Of a stretch of DNA of 54,817 nt, positions 52,696-54,817 are shown piece by piece. Each line of letters starts with the position of its first letter. Positions within the stretch are counted from its first letter, which is position 1. Made by a program: the position numbers and the translations under genes. The notes under the pieces are model-generated. The model made no database searches and was not told where the DNA came from. It saw only the letters and a program-made list of their open reading frames with translations. The DNA comes from Chara braunii (taxonomy: Eukaryota > Plantae > Charophyceae): positions 5,965,890 through 6,020,706 of the forward strand of contig BFEA01000009.1 in the NCBI GenBank assembly GCA_003427395.1, read 5' to 3'.

Positions 52696-52854
52696 AACAA
52701 GGGAGAAGAAGATGGACAAGAGGAGGCTCAGGAGAGGGAAGGAAAGCGGAAGAAGGATAGGGGATCGAGTCCCGCAGCCAGCGACGGAGAGACGGTTCAG
52801 CCAAAGAAGAAGAAAAAGAAGAAGACGAAGGGAGATCAGGAAGAGGAGGACTAG
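51082..52854 (+). CDS. CBF5: H/ACA snoRNP pseudouridine synthase (dyskerin/NAP57/Cbf5), 590 aa, single exon
   Basis: DKCLD region ([20 protein letters not shown]), [13 protein letters not shown], catalytic [26 protein letters not shown] domain ([19 protein letters not shown]) and a K/E-rich C-terminal tail. The ORF is uninterrupted. Confidence 0.98.
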
Positions 52855-53446
52855 TGGAGAGTAGTTGAACCGTCTTCAGATTTAGGGAGAGAGAGAGAGA
52901 GAGAGAGAGAGCGGGGGGGAAGGGGAGGGTTCAGTGGGAGGAAGATAGAGTTGGAAGCAAGCGACGGATGATGTCAAACTCCACCTTCCTCCCTCCTCCT
53001 TCCTCCTTCCACCTCCCTCCTCTCGTCTCGTAGCTGGGATAAATAGAAGAGGTAGCTGGTCGTGGCAAATCTGACATTTGCTGCGCGTGATTGCGGTCGT
53101 CCGCCGCCGCCGCCGCCGCCCGTCGCCGATGCCTAATCAAAGCGCGCCGAAGAGGGATGAGCTTTGTCCACGTCAGCAGCGTGATCGTCCGCCTACATGC
53201 AGGCATAGTAGGAGAACAAATACCAAATGACGAAGATTAGGTCGTGAACAACTAGCAGATCCTCAAGGTCTGAAGGCCTTAATTAACTGACGAAAAGCAG
53301 AAGAGACGGTGTAACAGAGGGTGGGAGAGAAGCAAAAAGAGTGGTGGGGTGTGTGATCTCTCGCATCAAGGGTTGCGCAGCTGGGAAGGGTGAGTTTTCT
53401 CATGCAGAGGAGGCTTTGTCATACTCGCCGGTGTTCGTTTCCGGTT

Positions 53447-53540
<94 letters not shown>

Positions 53541-53958
53541 TGTTCCTTTCGTGACAAGCAGTAGGGATGGACGGCGAGATGAGTAAGCACGGGCTCTTCG
53601 TCGAGATGTTTGTTGAAATAGGGCTGCTGCTGCTGCTATTGATTTTTTGGCAAGCTCAATTGGTAATCATGTAAGGCGGATTTTGCGGTTCTTCCATCTT
53701 CAAGAAACGTGGAGTTGAAGGACGTTCTACTGATTCATGGTTTTGTAAGAAGACGATTGCTGGCATATTCTCTGCAGGTCTCCCTGCTCGCCGTCCTTAA
53801 AAGTTTTGGCCTTTGCTGTGTCACTACGGATGTACAATTCAACGTGGAGTCTGCGGGAGATGCGCACTGCAGATCCTCCTTGAGACTCTGCTTCCACACG
53901 GAGAGAGAGAGCGAGAGAGTGTAGGTGAGAGAGAGCAGGTGAGACAGTGTGTGTATGT

Positions 53959-54023
<65 letters not shown>

Positions 54024-54817
54024 GTATATAGCATTGGGAGAAGGGAGGTGAGGACGTTGTTTTGCGAGAGCCTGTAGAGACGACGATGGCCGGTTGGATT
54101 GACAGACGACGCTATAGGCTTGGTTTGAGAGCCTGTAGAGACGAGCCTGTAGGAGAGAGACGACGCTATATGCCTGGGTTGAGAGGAGGTGAACTGAGCG
54201 TTGTGAGTGCTTGACATGTAGGTGCAGCATTTTTGTACGTCTCGCAGATTTCTGTTGTTTTTCTTGTTTTATTTTTAAAAATGTCAAAAATGTGTTTTCA
54301 CTTCTTCCTAATTGGGACGTTTCGTCGTCCTGTATGCCCTACGTTTTCTCGACATCCTTTTTTCCCCTCTTGTGTGAATACACCTCATCCTCTTTTTTCT
54401 TTCCTCCATCTAATCCTTCTCTCTCTCTCTCTCTCTCTCTTTTCCGCACTTGCTATATAGTCCGTCCTTCCTTTTTTTTTTTGGGTTCCGAAGGCCTCCC
54501 ATTTCTACCTGCGTGTGATTTTTTTTTTTTTTTTTTTTTTTTTGGTAGGGTGATCACAACTGTCTATATTCTTCTCTCCACCTCTATTTGTTTTACCTTC
54601 CACTTACCTACTCCTAAGACTATCTAGAGAGGACCCCTGCAAGCATAGTTTTCCTCTCTCTGTGAAGGGGAGATTTCATGTTGCCCCTTGCCCCTAATGG
54701 TTAGGGTATAGGGTTGGGGCCGCCAGTGGGGGTCTGGCTAACACAAAGACCGAGACCTGCCAGTAGCTGTGCCTCCCTTTCTCATCGTCCCCCACCCTTC
54801 ATCGAGTAGCAGCAGAG

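Noticed and set aside
51082-52854. CBF5 as a processed retrocopy because it lacks introns
   Set aside because: The ORF and catalytic motifs are intact and no poly-A tail or TSD is seen. Lack of introns alone is insufficient.

Overview
Repeat-rich eukaryotic DNA with three N-gaps. It is plant-like; a streptophyte alga such as Chara is my inference from TE style, microsatellites and the CBF5 protein. One intact host gene is present: intronless CBF5/NAP57/dyskerin at 51082-52854. The rest is mostly mobile-element DNA: two decayed L1-type LINEs, a diverged 28S rRNA fragment, a GATT satellite, a palindromic ~136-bp tandem array and several MITE-like inverted repeats. Two things stand out. (1) A ~19.6-kb minus-strand Ty3/Gypsy element has a ~5.3-kb LTR, a tRNA-Asp PBS and a deleted integrase core. 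It carries ~6.3 kb of unrecognised, internally duplicated accessory coding sequence between the PBS and gag. (2) A ~170-nt tandem/inverted repeat family at 33544-34923 carries a type III hammerhead ribozyme in each unit, one copy with an intact core. It looks like a minimal retrozyme-like element, and the Gypsy element inserted into one of its ribozyme copies.
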